Assembly: GCA_963665665.1 (NCBI GenBank)
Contig: OY762428.1
Location: forward strand, 3,872,001 to 3,936,000
Length of the DNA stretch: 64,000 nt
Direction: 5' to 3'
Source: Candidatus Kapaibacterium sp.
Lineage (GTDB): Bacteria; Bacteroidota; Ignavibacteria; Kapaibacteriales; UBA2268
In this document: one piece after another, positions 10,628 to 20,249 of the stretch
Layout of the letters: every line of letters begins with the position of its first letter
Numbering within the stretch: the first letter of the stretch is position 1
Made by a program: the position numbers and the translations under genes
Notes under the pieces: generated by a model
What the model was told of the DNA's origin: nothing
Database searches by the model: none
What the model saw: only the letters and a program-made list of their open reading frames with translations

Positions 10628-12802
10628 ATGATAAAGAATTTTAATATACTGCTTGCTTTTCTAATTTGTACGATATCAGCAAAAGCTGATGATTATTACT
10701 GGGCCAAGGTTAAAGATTTTACATCAACAAATATTGTATCGATCCAGGCAAGCGGAGGTACTGTTTACGCTGCTCGTGAAAAAGGCGGATTATGGCTGTC
10801 CTCCGATCAGGGAAAAACGTGGGAAATGAAAGAGAACGGCGAATTCAAATGTATGATCATCAAAAATGACGGAACCATATTTGCCGGACAAAAAGAAGAC
10901 GGAATAATACGCTCAACTAATGGAGGCGCTTCTTTCAAAGACGCAAACGATGGGATTGACGATAACATCCAGGGATTGAAGCCTGTTCTTGCCATGGCTG
11001 CCGACAGTAATGGAAATATCTGGGCGGCTGTAAAAGCCGGCGGGCTGTACAAATCTAATAATAACGGCAACTCTTGGACAAGGGTTAACGCTGATCTTTT
11101 TAATGAATTCAAAACCATACAAACCATAGCAATTGGCAGGGATGGCAAGATATTTCTCGGCCTGTATAATAATGGTATTTATACTTCTGAAGATGACGGT
11201 GAAAGTTGGGAATATTTTGAGCTAAATGAAAACCAGGTGTTGAATTCGGTTATTTCACTTTGTGCTTATAAGCCACATGAATTATTGAATTATTGTATTG
11301 CCGGTACAAACCATAACGGAGTATTTCTTAGCACCGATAACGGTAAAAACTGGGAACAGATACCTGATGAAGAATTAAAATCAGTTTTTGCTTACAGAAG
11401 TTTTCTTCCTGCTGATACCATTCTTTTTGCAGGAACGCACAAGGGCGGATTGTATATCACAAGGGATGACTGTGAAACCTGGAATAAATCCAATGAAGAT
11501 ATTGACAGCAGGATAATAAACGATATTTGCTTTTCTTACGAAGACAGCTATTATGCTGCCACTGACGACGGCGTTTTTAAATATATAAGGGTAAAGGGCG
11601 CCCTGGCAATTGAAGTAAACAGGGATATTAGCGAGGACGAGCTATTACTTCCAGGCGACAGGATAGTATTTGAAGTCAAAGTTCTTGATGATCAGGGTGA
11701 AGCTCTCGAGGGCGCTGATGTTTACGCTGTTTCTAATATTGATAATATTCAGAAGCAATTTCAAAGCGATGTTAGAGGCTATGTGCTTTATACCTATGAA
11801 ATTCCTGCCGATGCTGTTAGGGGTGACTATTACATGACGTTCAGGGCCGAAATGGATGAATACAAGAACAGCCCTAAGAAAAGTTCACTTATGCAGGTAA
11901 GAACTGCCGACAGTCTTAGCCTGTTTGTTGAAATAACTCCGGAATTAAAACAGGAAATTACATTGGGTGATGAAGTAAAATACTCGATAACTGTTAAAGA
12001 TTATAAAGACCAGCCTGTTGAAAATGCTACTATTACGGTTACTGATGCACTTATGGCCGTACAGCCGCAGCTTTTGACAGATGCCAATGGCAGTTCTACT
12101 TACACTGTAATTCCGGATGAAGAAACAAGGCAGGCTGAATACAGGATTGATTTTAATATTGAAGCAGACGGATTCAATCCCTTACCAACGGAAAGTCGTT
12201 TCATTAAGTATAATTATTCTGATGAAAAAATTATCAATATGATTATACTTCCGGATAGTTCAATAGTTTTAAAACAGGGAGAATTACTGGAATTAAAAGC
12301 CGGCGTTACAGATTATGAATTAACTCCTTTGTCAGGGGTAACAATTTCTTATGATGATAAACTGGTAAATGACGAGGGAACTATTGAAAGCGGTTCGGAT
12401 GGTATTGCCGAATACAGCTATACGATTTTTAATGACAAAACACCAGGCAAATATCTTATGATATTTAAAGCTTCGAAAGACGGGTATCATACTACCGATA
12501 CAATTCAAAAGTATGTAGAAGTAATTGATGCTAATTCTGTAGTCGAGATTTCCTCATCAAATATGAACATTTATCCTAACCCGGCAAATGGTCATATCTA
12601 TTTCAGTATTGATGATGAAAATATTGATAATGCTGAAATTTCGATTATAAATATTATAGGAGAAGTTATATTTACCTCAAATATATTGAATAATAATGAA
12701 ATACATAAAATTGATATCTCCGGTTTTGCTTCCGGAAATTATTTTCTTTCAATTAAAACAGGAAAAAAATTATACCATAAGAAATTCCTGATCGTCAATT
12801 AA
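10628..12802 (+). CDS. T9SS cargo: BNR/Asp-box beta-propeller, Ig-like repeats, CTD
   Basis: Repeated SxDxGxTW Asp-boxes, three Ig-like repeats, IYPNPA...GNYFL...KKFLIVN. Confidence 0.85.
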   Translation: MIKNFNILLAFLICTISAKADDYYWAKVKDFTSTNIVSIQASGGTVYAAREKGGLWLSSDQGKTWEMKENGEFKCMIIKNDGTIFAGQKEDGIIRSTNGGASFKDANDGIDDNIQGLKPVLAMAADSNGNIWAAVKAGGLYKSNNNGNSWTRVNADLFNEFKTIQTIAIGRDGKIFLGLYNNGIYTSEDDGESWEYFELNENQVLNSVISLCAYKPHELLNYCIAGTNHNGVFLSTDNGKNWEQIPDEELKSVFAYRSFLPADTILFAGTHKGGLYITRDDCETWNKSNEDIDSRIINDICFSYEDSYYAATDDGVFKYIRVKGALAIEVNRDISEDELLLPGDRIVFEVKVLDDQGEALEGADVYAVSNIDNIQKQFQSDVRGYVLYTYEIPADAVRGDYYMTFRAEMDEYKNSPKKSSLMQVRTADSLSLFVEITPELKQEITLGDEVKYSITVKDYKDQPVENATITVTDALMAVQPQLLTDANGSSTYTVIPDEETRQAEYRIDFNIEADGFNPLPTESRFIKYNYSDEKIINMIILPDSSIVLKQGELLELKAGVTDYELTPLSGVTISYDDKLVNDEGTIESGSDGIAEYSYTIFNDKTPGKYLMIFKASKDGYHTTDTIQKYVEVIDANSVVEISSSNMNIYPNPANGHIYFSIDDENIDNAEISIINIIGEVIFTSNILNNNEIHKIDISGFASGNYFLSIKTGKKLYHKKFLIVN

Positions 12803-12843
12803 AGAAAAGAGTTTAGAGGATATTTAATATTGAGGACAAGGAA

Positions 12844-13929
12844 ATGGAAAAGAAAGAGTTTATCAAAAACTATAGCGAAGAAGAATTAAGGGCAATTATT
12901 GCTGATTTTGGCGAAGCTCCGTACAGGGCCGGCCAGATAATGAGTGATATTTATAAAAAACGTGTTTTATCATTCGAAGGTATAAAACAAATTCCTGTTG
13001 ATCTAAGGAATAACCTTAGCAAACATTTTGCACTTAACAGCATTGAAATAAAGAAAGTATCAAAATCTTCGGACGGCTCAGTTAAATTCCTTTACAAACT
13101 TCATGACGGTAACCACATTGAAGCTGTTGTTATGCCCGGTGAGTATAAGGATCGTGAGTACAATACAATTTGCATATCATCTCAGGTAGGCTGCCAGTTA
13201 GGATGCGCCTTTTGTGCTACCGGCACCATAGGTTTGAAAAGAGACCTTGAACCTGCCGAGATAATTGATCAACTCCTATTGGCAGAAAATGAAACCGGAA
13301 TTAAAATATCAAATATCGTATTCATGGGTATGGGCGAACCACTTCTTAATTGGGAAAATGTTTCGAAAGCAGTTACCATAATTTCAAAACCAGATTACAA
13401 AATGGTTTCGCATAGAAAGATAACAATTTCTACTTCAGGGATTGTTCCGGGAATTGAAAAAATGGCTGAATTTCAACCTCAATTGAAACTGGCACTGTCA
13501 TTACACGCTACAACAAACGGATTGAGAACAAAACTTATTCCGATTTCAAAAAAATGGGATCTTCAAAAGTTACTCGCGACAGTTGATGAATATTATCGTC
13601 TGACAAAAATTCCGATTACCTATGAATATATTCTTTTTGAAGGGCTGAATGACAGCGAGGAAGATGCAAAGCGCCTGGCAAAGATCAGCAGAAGAGTCCC
13701 TTCAAAAGTTAATATTATTCCCTTCAATGATATTTCCTTCACGGAATATTCAAAAACTGGCCCGGAGTTAAGGCCGGCAAACAAAGAAAAAATCGAATCC
13801 TTTGCGGCCTATCTGAAATTACTCGGTACAAATGTTTTTGTAAGGGAATCTTTCGGGCCTGATATCGAAGCTGCCTGTGGGCAGTTAGCTCTTGCGGAAA
13901 AAAAGGAAAGGGATAATGAAAATCAATAA
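12844..13929 (+). CDS. rlmN: 23S rRNA m2A2503/tRNA radical-SAM methyltransferase RlmN
   Basis: CISSQVGC..GC.FC, MGMGEP, SLHA, DIEAACGQL. Confidence 0.95.
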   Translation: MEKKEFIKNYSEEELRAIIADFGEAPYRAGQIMSDIYKKRVLSFEGIKQIPVDLRNNLSKHFALNSIEIKKVSKSSDGSVKFLYKLHDGNHIEAVVMPGEYKDREYNTICISSQVGCQLGCAFCATGTIGLKRDLEPAEIIDQLLLAENETGIKISNIVFMGMGEPLLNWENVSKAVTIISKPDYKMVSHRKITISTSGIVPGIEKMAEFQPQLKLALSLHATTNGLRTKLIPISKKWDLQKLLATVDEYYRLTKIPITYEYILFEGLNDSEEDAKRLAKISRRVPSKVNIIPFNDISFTEYSKTGPELRPANKEKIESFAAYLKLLGTNVFVRESFGPDIEAACGQLALAEKKERDNENQ

Positions 13930-14836
13930 TCAATCAAAGTTGTTGTTATTATTAATTTTTCTCATTATTTGTACCGGAAAATCATTAGCTGCTGATCTGG
14001 ATGGTATCCTGCCCTCTAAATCGAAAATATATGTTATCACTCTGCTGAATGGTGATATGCTCAGCGGGCCGGTCGTTGAATTGATAAATGATCCTAAAGA
14101 AGGTGAAGGAATAAAAGTAAAAACAGAGATAGGTACTGCTACAATCTTTGCTAATCAGATAAAGTCTATCTATCTGAAAGATGATTATTACCGGCATAAG
14201 CACAGGGTTTTCCTGATGCCTACCGCCGAACCAATCGGCAGCGACCATTTTATCGGTTCTTTTGAACTACTGCTGCTATATGGCGGTTTTGGTATATCTG
14301 ATTATTTATCAGTTACGGCAGGTCGTTCGCTTGTTCCCGGAATTGCATCCAGGGAACAGTTCTCTATGATAAATGCTAAAGTATCTTTGTTTTCAATGGA
14401 TTTTAAATCCGATATTCAAAATATTGCCTTAGCTATCGGAGGCAATCTGGCATTTATTAATTCAAGGAACAAACTATCGCACCTTTATGCAGTAACAACT
14501 ATTCGTTTTGACCGCACCAGAGTAAGTGCTTCGATATTCACAAAAACCGGTGCAAACGACTATTATATTTTAACCGCACAAAGTAATATTGAAGATTTAA
14601 TATATGAGGACGGCTCTTTCGGGCTGGCAGCAGGTATTGATACAAAAATTCCCAAATGGCATACTATGCATTTCATCGGAGAACTATGGAATTCCAATGT
14701 TGAAAAACCTACTAACACTGCTATATTCCTTGGATTACGCCATTGTAATGAAAGAATTTCAGCCGATTTCGGATTGGCACTTTTCACTCAGCCATTTGTT
14801 ATTCCTTTTTTCGGATTTTCTTGGACTCCGTTTTAG
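13916..14836 (+). CDS. Hypothetical exported, probably outer-membrane protein
   Basis: Signal peptide, beta-rich C-terminal half, ends in Phe; overlaps the rlmN stop. Confidence 0.65.
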   Translation: MKINNQSKLLLLLIFLIICTGKSLAADLDGILPSKSKIYVITLLNGDMLSGPVVELINDPKEGEGIKVKTEIGTATIFANQIKSIYLKDDYYRHKHRVFLMPTAEPIGSDHFIGSFELLLLYGGFGISDYLSVTAGRSLVPGIASREQFSMINAKVSLFSMDFKSDIQNIALAIGGNLAFINSRNKLSHLYAVTTIRFDRTRVSASIFTKTGANDYYILTAQSNIEDLIYEDGSFGLAAGIDTKIPKWHTMHFIGELWNSNVEKPTNTAIFLGLRHCNERISADFGLALFTQPFVIPFFGFSWTPF

Positions 14837-14842
14837 TTTATC

Positions 14843-15157
14843 ATGTTAAATCAGGAAGAAATATTAAATTTGTATAAACTTGCCGGATTGGAGTATCACA
14901 CCGGCAGAGATAATAAATTGATTGAAGATGTTCTGCGTATCAGAGAATTTTTCTCTGTAGTTGATAAGTTTGAAATTACTAATGAATTAGATGATTGCCA
15001 TGCAAACAGGCATAGCCCGGATAGAGAGTTTGAACAAAAGAATAAGTTTAAACCGGATACCCTTTCCAGGGATGAAATTATCAGAAATGCCGGACTTGAA
15101 AGCGGCAGCCTGTTTTTGGCAAAATCTAAAAGAAACATAAGAAATGAAGATGAATAA
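14843..15157 (+). CDS. gatC: GatC-like amidotransferase subunit C (divergent)
   Basis: 104 aa; MLNQEEILNLYKLAGLE N-terminus and DRE...LSRDEIIRNA....LF C-terminal pattern of GatC. Confidence 0.5.
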   Translation: MLNQEEILNLYKLAGLEYHTGRDNKLIEDVLRIREFFSVVDKFEITNELDDCHANRHSPDREFEQKNKFKPDTLSRDEIIRNAGLESGSLFLAKSKRNIRNEDE

Positions 15158-15914
15158 TAAAGCTATTGGGATAATTCCTGCAAGGTATGCATCATCCAGG
15201 CTGCCCGGAAAGCCGCTTGCCGATATTAATGGTAAGCCTCTTATCCGGAGAGTATGGGAAGCAGTGTCCGGAAGTAAACTGTTATCCGAAGTAATTATAG
15301 CAACTGATGACAAGAGGATAATGGAAGCTTGTAAAGAATTCGGTGCAAAAGTGGTAATGACTCCAGCCGAACTCCCATCCGGAACAGACCGTATTGCTGC
15401 TGCCTGCAAGGATAATGATGCAGATATTATTGTAAATATCCAGGGGGACGAGCCAATGATAAATGGTGACAGTATTGACAATCTGATCTCTGAATTTACG
15501 AAGTCTGATGCTGATGTTGCTACCATGTATAAAAAAATTGATAATTCAGATGATATTTTTGATCCTTCAGTTGTAAAAGTTGTTTTCTCTGATAATAAAA
15601 AAGCACTTTACTTTTCACGATCACCGATACCTTATATCAGGGATGTTGACAAATGTGAATGGATTAGAAGTAACGATTACTTCAAACATATTGGCATATA
15701 TGCATATAGACGCAAAGCTCTTATTGATTTTACCGAGCTGAAACAATCTCAGCTTGAAAAAATGGAGTCACTTGAACAGCTTAGATTGTTGCAAAGGGGC
15801 TATAGCTACCTATGTGTGGAAACAAAGGATTCAATGCTTGGGGTAGATACTCCGAATGACCTGGAAAAAGCCCGTGAATATTTCAAAAACCTTGAATCAG
15901 GCACTGATAAATGA
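15144..15914 (+). CDS. kdsB: 3-deoxy-manno-octulosonate cytidylyltransferase
   Basis: IPARYASSRLPGKPL, SGTDR, NIQGDEP, HIGIYAY, ESLEQLR, GVDT. Confidence 0.95.
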   Translation: MKMNNKAIGIIPARYASSRLPGKPLADINGKPLIRRVWEAVSGSKLLSEVIIATDDKRIMEACKEFGAKVVMTPAELPSGTDRIAAACKDNDADIIVNIQGDEPMINGDSIDNLISEFTKSDADVATMYKKIDNSDDIFDPSVVKVVFSDNKKALYFSRSPIPYIRDVDKCEWIRSNDYFKHIGIYAYRRKALIDFTELKQSQLEKMESLEQLRLLQRGYSYLCVETKDSMLGVDTPNDLEKAREYFKNLESGTDK

Positions 15915-17008
15915 AAATCCTGCATCTAAGTTCGGAAAAGAGCTGGCGTGGTGGTGAACGGCAAATTTCATTTCTGATCGAAGAACATAGGAAAAAAGCC
16001 GTAGATGTTTTTGTTGCCTGCCGGAAGAATTCTGCTTTCGAAGAGTATTGCCGGAAGAATTCTATCTCCCACAGATCATTCTCATTTTCAGGAGAATTTG
16101 ATATTTCGACTGCACTTTGCACAAAGAAATATTGCAACGATGAGAATATTGATATTATTCATACTCACAGTGGAAAAAGTCACGGGCTGGCATACTTGTC
16201 TTATTTATTGGGTAACAAAACTCCGCTTGTAGTATCAAGAAGGGTTGATTTTCCAATTAAAGGAAATATTATTTCCAGGGCTAAGTATAATTCTGCCTGT
16301 GTAAAAAGGATTATCTGCGTATCCGACGCAATTAAGGAAATTGTTGAACCTTCGATAAAAAATCCTGAAAGGCTGGTAACAATTCACAGCGGTATTGATA
16401 CAAGCCTCTTTGCAGATCAGGAAAGAAATGATTTTCTCAGGGAAAAATTCAACATTCCCAAAAGCAAAACTATAGTTGTTAACACTTCGGCAATTGCCCC
16501 ACACAAGGACTATTACACTTTTGTGGATACTGCGGAACTTGTTCTGAGACAATCTCCTGATTTTCATTTTTTTATAATTGGCGACGGGCCTGAGAAAAAT
16601 AATATCGCAGAATACATTTCTCGAAAAAATCTTAAAAGCAATATTACAATGACCGGGTTTATGGATAATGTCCCGGAAATATTAAAAAGCGCTGATATTT
16701 TCCTGATAACTTCAAAAACAGAAGGCCTTGGTACTACTATTCTTGATTCTTTCGCATCGAATCTTCCTGTTGTAGCAACAAATGCCGGTGGAATACCCGA
16801 GCTTGTTATTGATGGAAAAACCGGTTTGCTGGCAATGTCCGGTAATTCAAAAATGCTTTCCAAACATATTATTGAACTTAGTAAATATGCCGTGCTCCGA
16901 AATAAAATTACTGAGGCTGCAGGAAAACACCTGCAAAAATTTACTAAAACTGCAACAGCCGAAAAAACTTTTTCGGTTTATATGGATATTCTGAATAAAC
17001 ACAAATAA
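15911..17008 (+). CDS. Glycosyltransferase family 4
   Basis: WRGGERQ, SRRVDF, EGLGTTILD, GGIPE. Confidence 0.9.
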   Translation: MKILHLSSEKSWRGGERQISFLIEEHRKKAVDVFVACRKNSAFEEYCRKNSISHRSFSFSGEFDISTALCTKKYCNDENIDIIHTHSGKSHGLAYLSYLLGNKTPLVVSRRVDFPIKGNIISRAKYNSACVKRIICVSDAIKEIVEPSIKNPERLVTIHSGIDTSLFADQERNDFLREKFNIPKSKTIVVNTSAIAPHKDYYTFVDTAELVLRQSPDFHFFIIGDGPEKNNIAEYISRKNLKSNITMTGFMDNVPEILKSADIFLITSKTEGLGTTILDSFASNLPVVATNAGGIPELVIDGKTGLLAMSGNSKMLSKHIIELSKYAVLRNKITEAAGKHLQKFTKTATAEKTFSVYMDILNKHK

Positions 17009-17270
17009 TATTTCAATAATTCCACCCAATTGTTTGCAACAGGGCGTACTTATCCATTGCTTTTCCTGAACAAGCCTGTTTTAGCACAAGAAGACAATTT
17101 ACCTGAACAAGTTCTGATACTAATATGATTTCGAATAACTGACAATCAGACTCCTTTTCTTAATTATTTTTCCTTTTTTTCATTAGATACAGCCTGATAT
17201 TTTCGCACTGCCATTTCTCCGCAGTTTTGTTGCCGGTTTTCTTTCAAAATTGTTTTATCAGCCTGAAAAA

Positions 17271-17291
17271 TTCCCCTCCGGCGGAGGGGAA
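17271..17291. repeat. GC-rich palindrome, CCCCTC...GAGGGG REP-like family
   Basis: TTCCCCTCCG-G-CGGAGGGGAA. Confidence 0.8.
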
Positions 17292-17325
17292 TCAGTTGGG
17301 GGAGGGAGTATTAATTTTAAAAGCG

Positions 17326-17359
17326 GTCATTCTGAAAGAGCGAAGCGACCGAAGAATCC
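17326..17359 (+). repeat. REP-like half element, GTCA...GAAGAATC family
   Basis: GTCATTCTGAAAGAGCGAAGCGACCGAAGAATCC, similar to 23662, 47312 and 60594. Confidence 0.7.
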
Positions 17360-17411
17360 ATGTTAAATTGCAGATAATGTATTAAAGATGCGGCCTGGGG
17401 AAGGCGACGTC

Positions 17412-18095
17412 ATTGCCGCCCTGTTTTACTTCAAAGCCCTCTCCTTCGGGGAGGCACGGCCCCTTGCGAGGGTTCCACACTGCGTGTGTTTGTGAGGGGT
17501 CGAAAGCAATGTACCAATGTTCGAAGATATTGCTGCACTGGCCAGAAGCAAAGAAAGAAAACCTCCCCTGTATTCCCCTCCTCCGCGAGGAGGGGATAAG
17601 AAGTTAAATATCATAGAATTAACTCCCCCTCCTTCTGAAGGAGTGGGGCGGGGGGAGGTAGGAAGGATCAGCTGCATTTCACCGATGTTCTAAGTTATTG
17701 CTGCCCTGCTTTTCTTCAAAGCGCTCTCCTTCGGGGAGGGTTTGGGAGGGGTTGGAGTCATTGATGCCTTGTTTGAAGTCATTGCTGCCTTGGTCGGAGT
17801 CATTGCACCAATGTTTTATTCTATTGATGCCTTATTCTTCTTCAAAGCCCTCTCCTTCGGGGAGGGTTTGGGAGGGGTCGGAGTTATTGCTGCCTTGGTC
17901 GACGCTATTGCACAGATGTTTGAAGTCATTGCTGCCTTGGTCGGAGTTATTGCTGCCTTGGTCGGAAGCAAAGTACCGTTGTTTGATTCTATTGTCGCCT
18001 TGTTTGAAGTTATTGATACCTTGTTTAGAGGCAAAGTACTGATGTTAGAAGTCATTTAAATCTTGGTCGGAGATATTGATTGCTTGTGTAGCGTT
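17412..18095 (+). repeat. Degenerate 21-bp tandem array (left arm) with embedded GC hairpins
   Basis: Units such as ATTGCTGCCTTGGTCGGAGTC and ATTGATGCCTTGTTTGAAGTC; unbroken 21-bp register from 17676 to 18095; older units at 17412-17540. Confidence 0.9.
17561..17658 (+). repeat. Paired CCCCTC...GAGGGG hairpin element; degenerate copy at ~47072-47137
   Basis: TCCCCTCCTCCGCGAGGAGGGGA and CCCCCTCCTTCTGAAGGAGTGGGG separated by TTAAATATCATAGAATTA. Confidence 0.75.
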
Positions 18096-18120
18096 GAAAT
18101 CCGGAATATTTAAGTGTTTG

Positions 18121-18600
18121 AATTATTTACAATACTTGAATTATAAAATAAATAATAAGAATTAGTAAATATTTAAGTATTTGTAATAAATATATTTATC
18201 AGATTATTAAATAATCATATAGATTTACAATATTAATAATATAACTAATCAAATAAATAATTTATACAAGACATTAATCACTATTTCTTATAAATTCTCT
18301 TTCTTCTTTTATAAAATATATTAAGTATCCAAGGATATATTTAATTGTCCTAACAAATTAGATATACTGATTAATTAATTGGTTAATACTAATATTTAAT
18401 AGTTTATAAAATGAATTTGATAAATCATATCAATTATTTAATTATATATATAAAATATTTAGTTATACATATAAAAAGTTTTGTTAGATAAACTATATCA
18501 AGGCTTGGATATATTATATAAATTATTATAATTACTATATATTTAATACAAATAGTATAATATTTAATATTTTAGATTGAATATTTGATTATCAGTTCTG
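18121..18600. other. Extremely AT-rich non-coding core (~14% GC)
   Basis: Hand count 66 G+C in 480 nt; no ORF of 60 aa or more lies within it. Confidence 0.9.
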
Positions 18601-18636
18601 TCTATAGACTTTTCTAATCTGCACATTTGGGATTTT

Positions 18637-19014
18637 AATGTCAAACAAGCAAGCAGTAAGGCAAACCAAGAAAGCAATGAAGCCGGACAAGTGTGCAGTA
18701 AGGCAAACCAAGCGAGCAATGAAGCGGAACAAGATTTCAATAAGGCAAAACATCCAAGCAATGAAGCGGAACAAGACTTCAATAAGGCGAAACAAGTAAG
18801 CATTGAGGCGGAACAAGCAAGCAATGAAGCCAAATTTCACTACATTAAGGCCAAACAATGCTTCAATACCTCCGGACAAGGCAGTTTAAGGCCCTGCCAA
18901 CAAAGCAATTAGACCAAACATCATGGTTTAGATTAAAAACAGCATTGAATTAAGGAAATTATCCGGTTCATTGAAACCACAGGATGGGGAATTAAGGCCG
19001 GCGGCCTGTTCATT
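18637..19014 (-). repeat. Degenerate 21-bp tandem array (right arm), inverted relative to the left arm
   Basis: + strand units AAGGCAAACCAAGAAAGCAAT, GAAGCGGAACAAGATTTCAAT, ACCTCCGGACAAGGCAGTTTA; 18 units in phase, the last five highly decayed. Confidence 0.88.
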
Positions 19015-19149
19015 GGGGTGGAAGAACGGGGGGAGAGGGCCGGAGTTGGGATTTTAATTAACAATGAATAATTAAAAATGAAGAGAAAACCGGGCTAATT
19101 CACCTCTCCTGGAGGGGAGTCCGAAGGACGGGGGTGGTTTCTTTTTTCC

Positions 19150-20249
19150 CCTCATTACGAAGTTGTACTTCGCAATGCAGTTTTCTTTTGAAACTAAGCT
19201 TCATAATTCCAAAGTATAACTTTGCAGGAAATTGACCTTCCCAAGTGTAACCTGGGAAGGAGAAAAAAGAATAAAAAGATAAAATCTTGGAAAACAGCTG
19301 CTGTTTTTATAAATTAAGATAATGTTTGATTTGATACGTTTTTGATTAAAACCTTGTGAGGCAGAAATGTATAATTTTAAAGAAAAATATATAAATCCCT
19401 TTACCGATTACGGCTTTAAAAAGCTTTTCGGAGAGGAACCCAATAAAGACCTGCTACTGGATTTCCTGAATGAGCTGTTGAGGGAAGAACAGGGCGAGAT
19501 AAAAGACCTGACCTATCTGAAAAATGAAAACCTGGGCGCTGCCGAAGCAGACCGAAGGGCTATTTTCGATCTTTATTGTGAAAATGAGAAGGGTGAAAAA
19601 TTCATCGTCGAGCTGCAGAAAACCAAGCAGAACTTCTTCAAAGACAGAACGGTTTATTATTCTACATTTCCTATCAGAGACCAGGCACAGCGCGGCGACT
19701 GGAATTATGAGTTAAACCCCGTTTATACAATCGCTGTTCTGGATTTCATTTTCGACGATGACAAAAAAGAACCTGAAAAATTCCGATACAACGTGAAATT
19801 AAGCGATTTGGACAGCCACGAAGTATTCTATGATAAGTGGACATTTATATACCTTGAAATGCCAAAGTTCAACAAAAATATAGATGAGCTTGAAACCCGG
19901 TTTGACAAATGGCTGTATGTACTCAGGAATCTGAACAGGCTGGATCGTGTTCCGGATAAACTTCGTGAAAGAATATTCGAAAAACTTTTCGAAACTGCCG
20001 AGATTGCGAAATTCACTCCCCAACAGGTAATGAATTACGAGGACAGCCTGAAATACTACAGAGACCTGAAAAATTCTATTGACACCGCCCGCGATGAAGG
20101 CAAAGAAGAAGGGTATGAACAAGGTGTCGAGAAAGGAATAGAAAAAGGAAAAATTGATATAGCCAGGAAGATGATTCAAAAAGGAATGTCTGTTGAAATG
20201 ATTATTGAACTGACGGGGATGAGTGAAGGCGATATAAACAGTTTGAAAT
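19150..20249 (+). repeat. Copy 1 of ~1.1-kb direct repeat (REP-hairpin leader plus rpn gene)
   Basis: Near-identical to 20445-21556 (offset 1295, then 1307 after a 12-bp indel). Confidence 0.95.
19151..19262. repeat. Cluster of REP-like hairpins (AAGT..ACTT family), duplicated at 20446-20557
   Basis: CATTACGAAG-ttgta-CTTCGCAATG, CAAAGT-ata-ACTTTG, CCTTCCCAAG-tgtaa-CCTGGGAAGG. Confidence 0.75.

Noticed and set aside
18121-18600. Chromosomal oriC
   Set aside because: No perfect DnaA boxes seen and no dnaA/dnaN/gidA nearby; skew cannot be judged from one window
17413-18912. Tracked ORFs over the arrays (17698+, 17742+, 18564-, 18592-, 18691+ and others) as confident CDSs
   Set aside because: Several frames on both strands are open because of the 21-bp period; no RBS or recognisable family
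17412-19014. CRISPR array interpretation of the 21-bp repeats
   Set aside because: Units are contiguous and degenerate, with no constant-repeat/unique-spacer alternation and no cas genes
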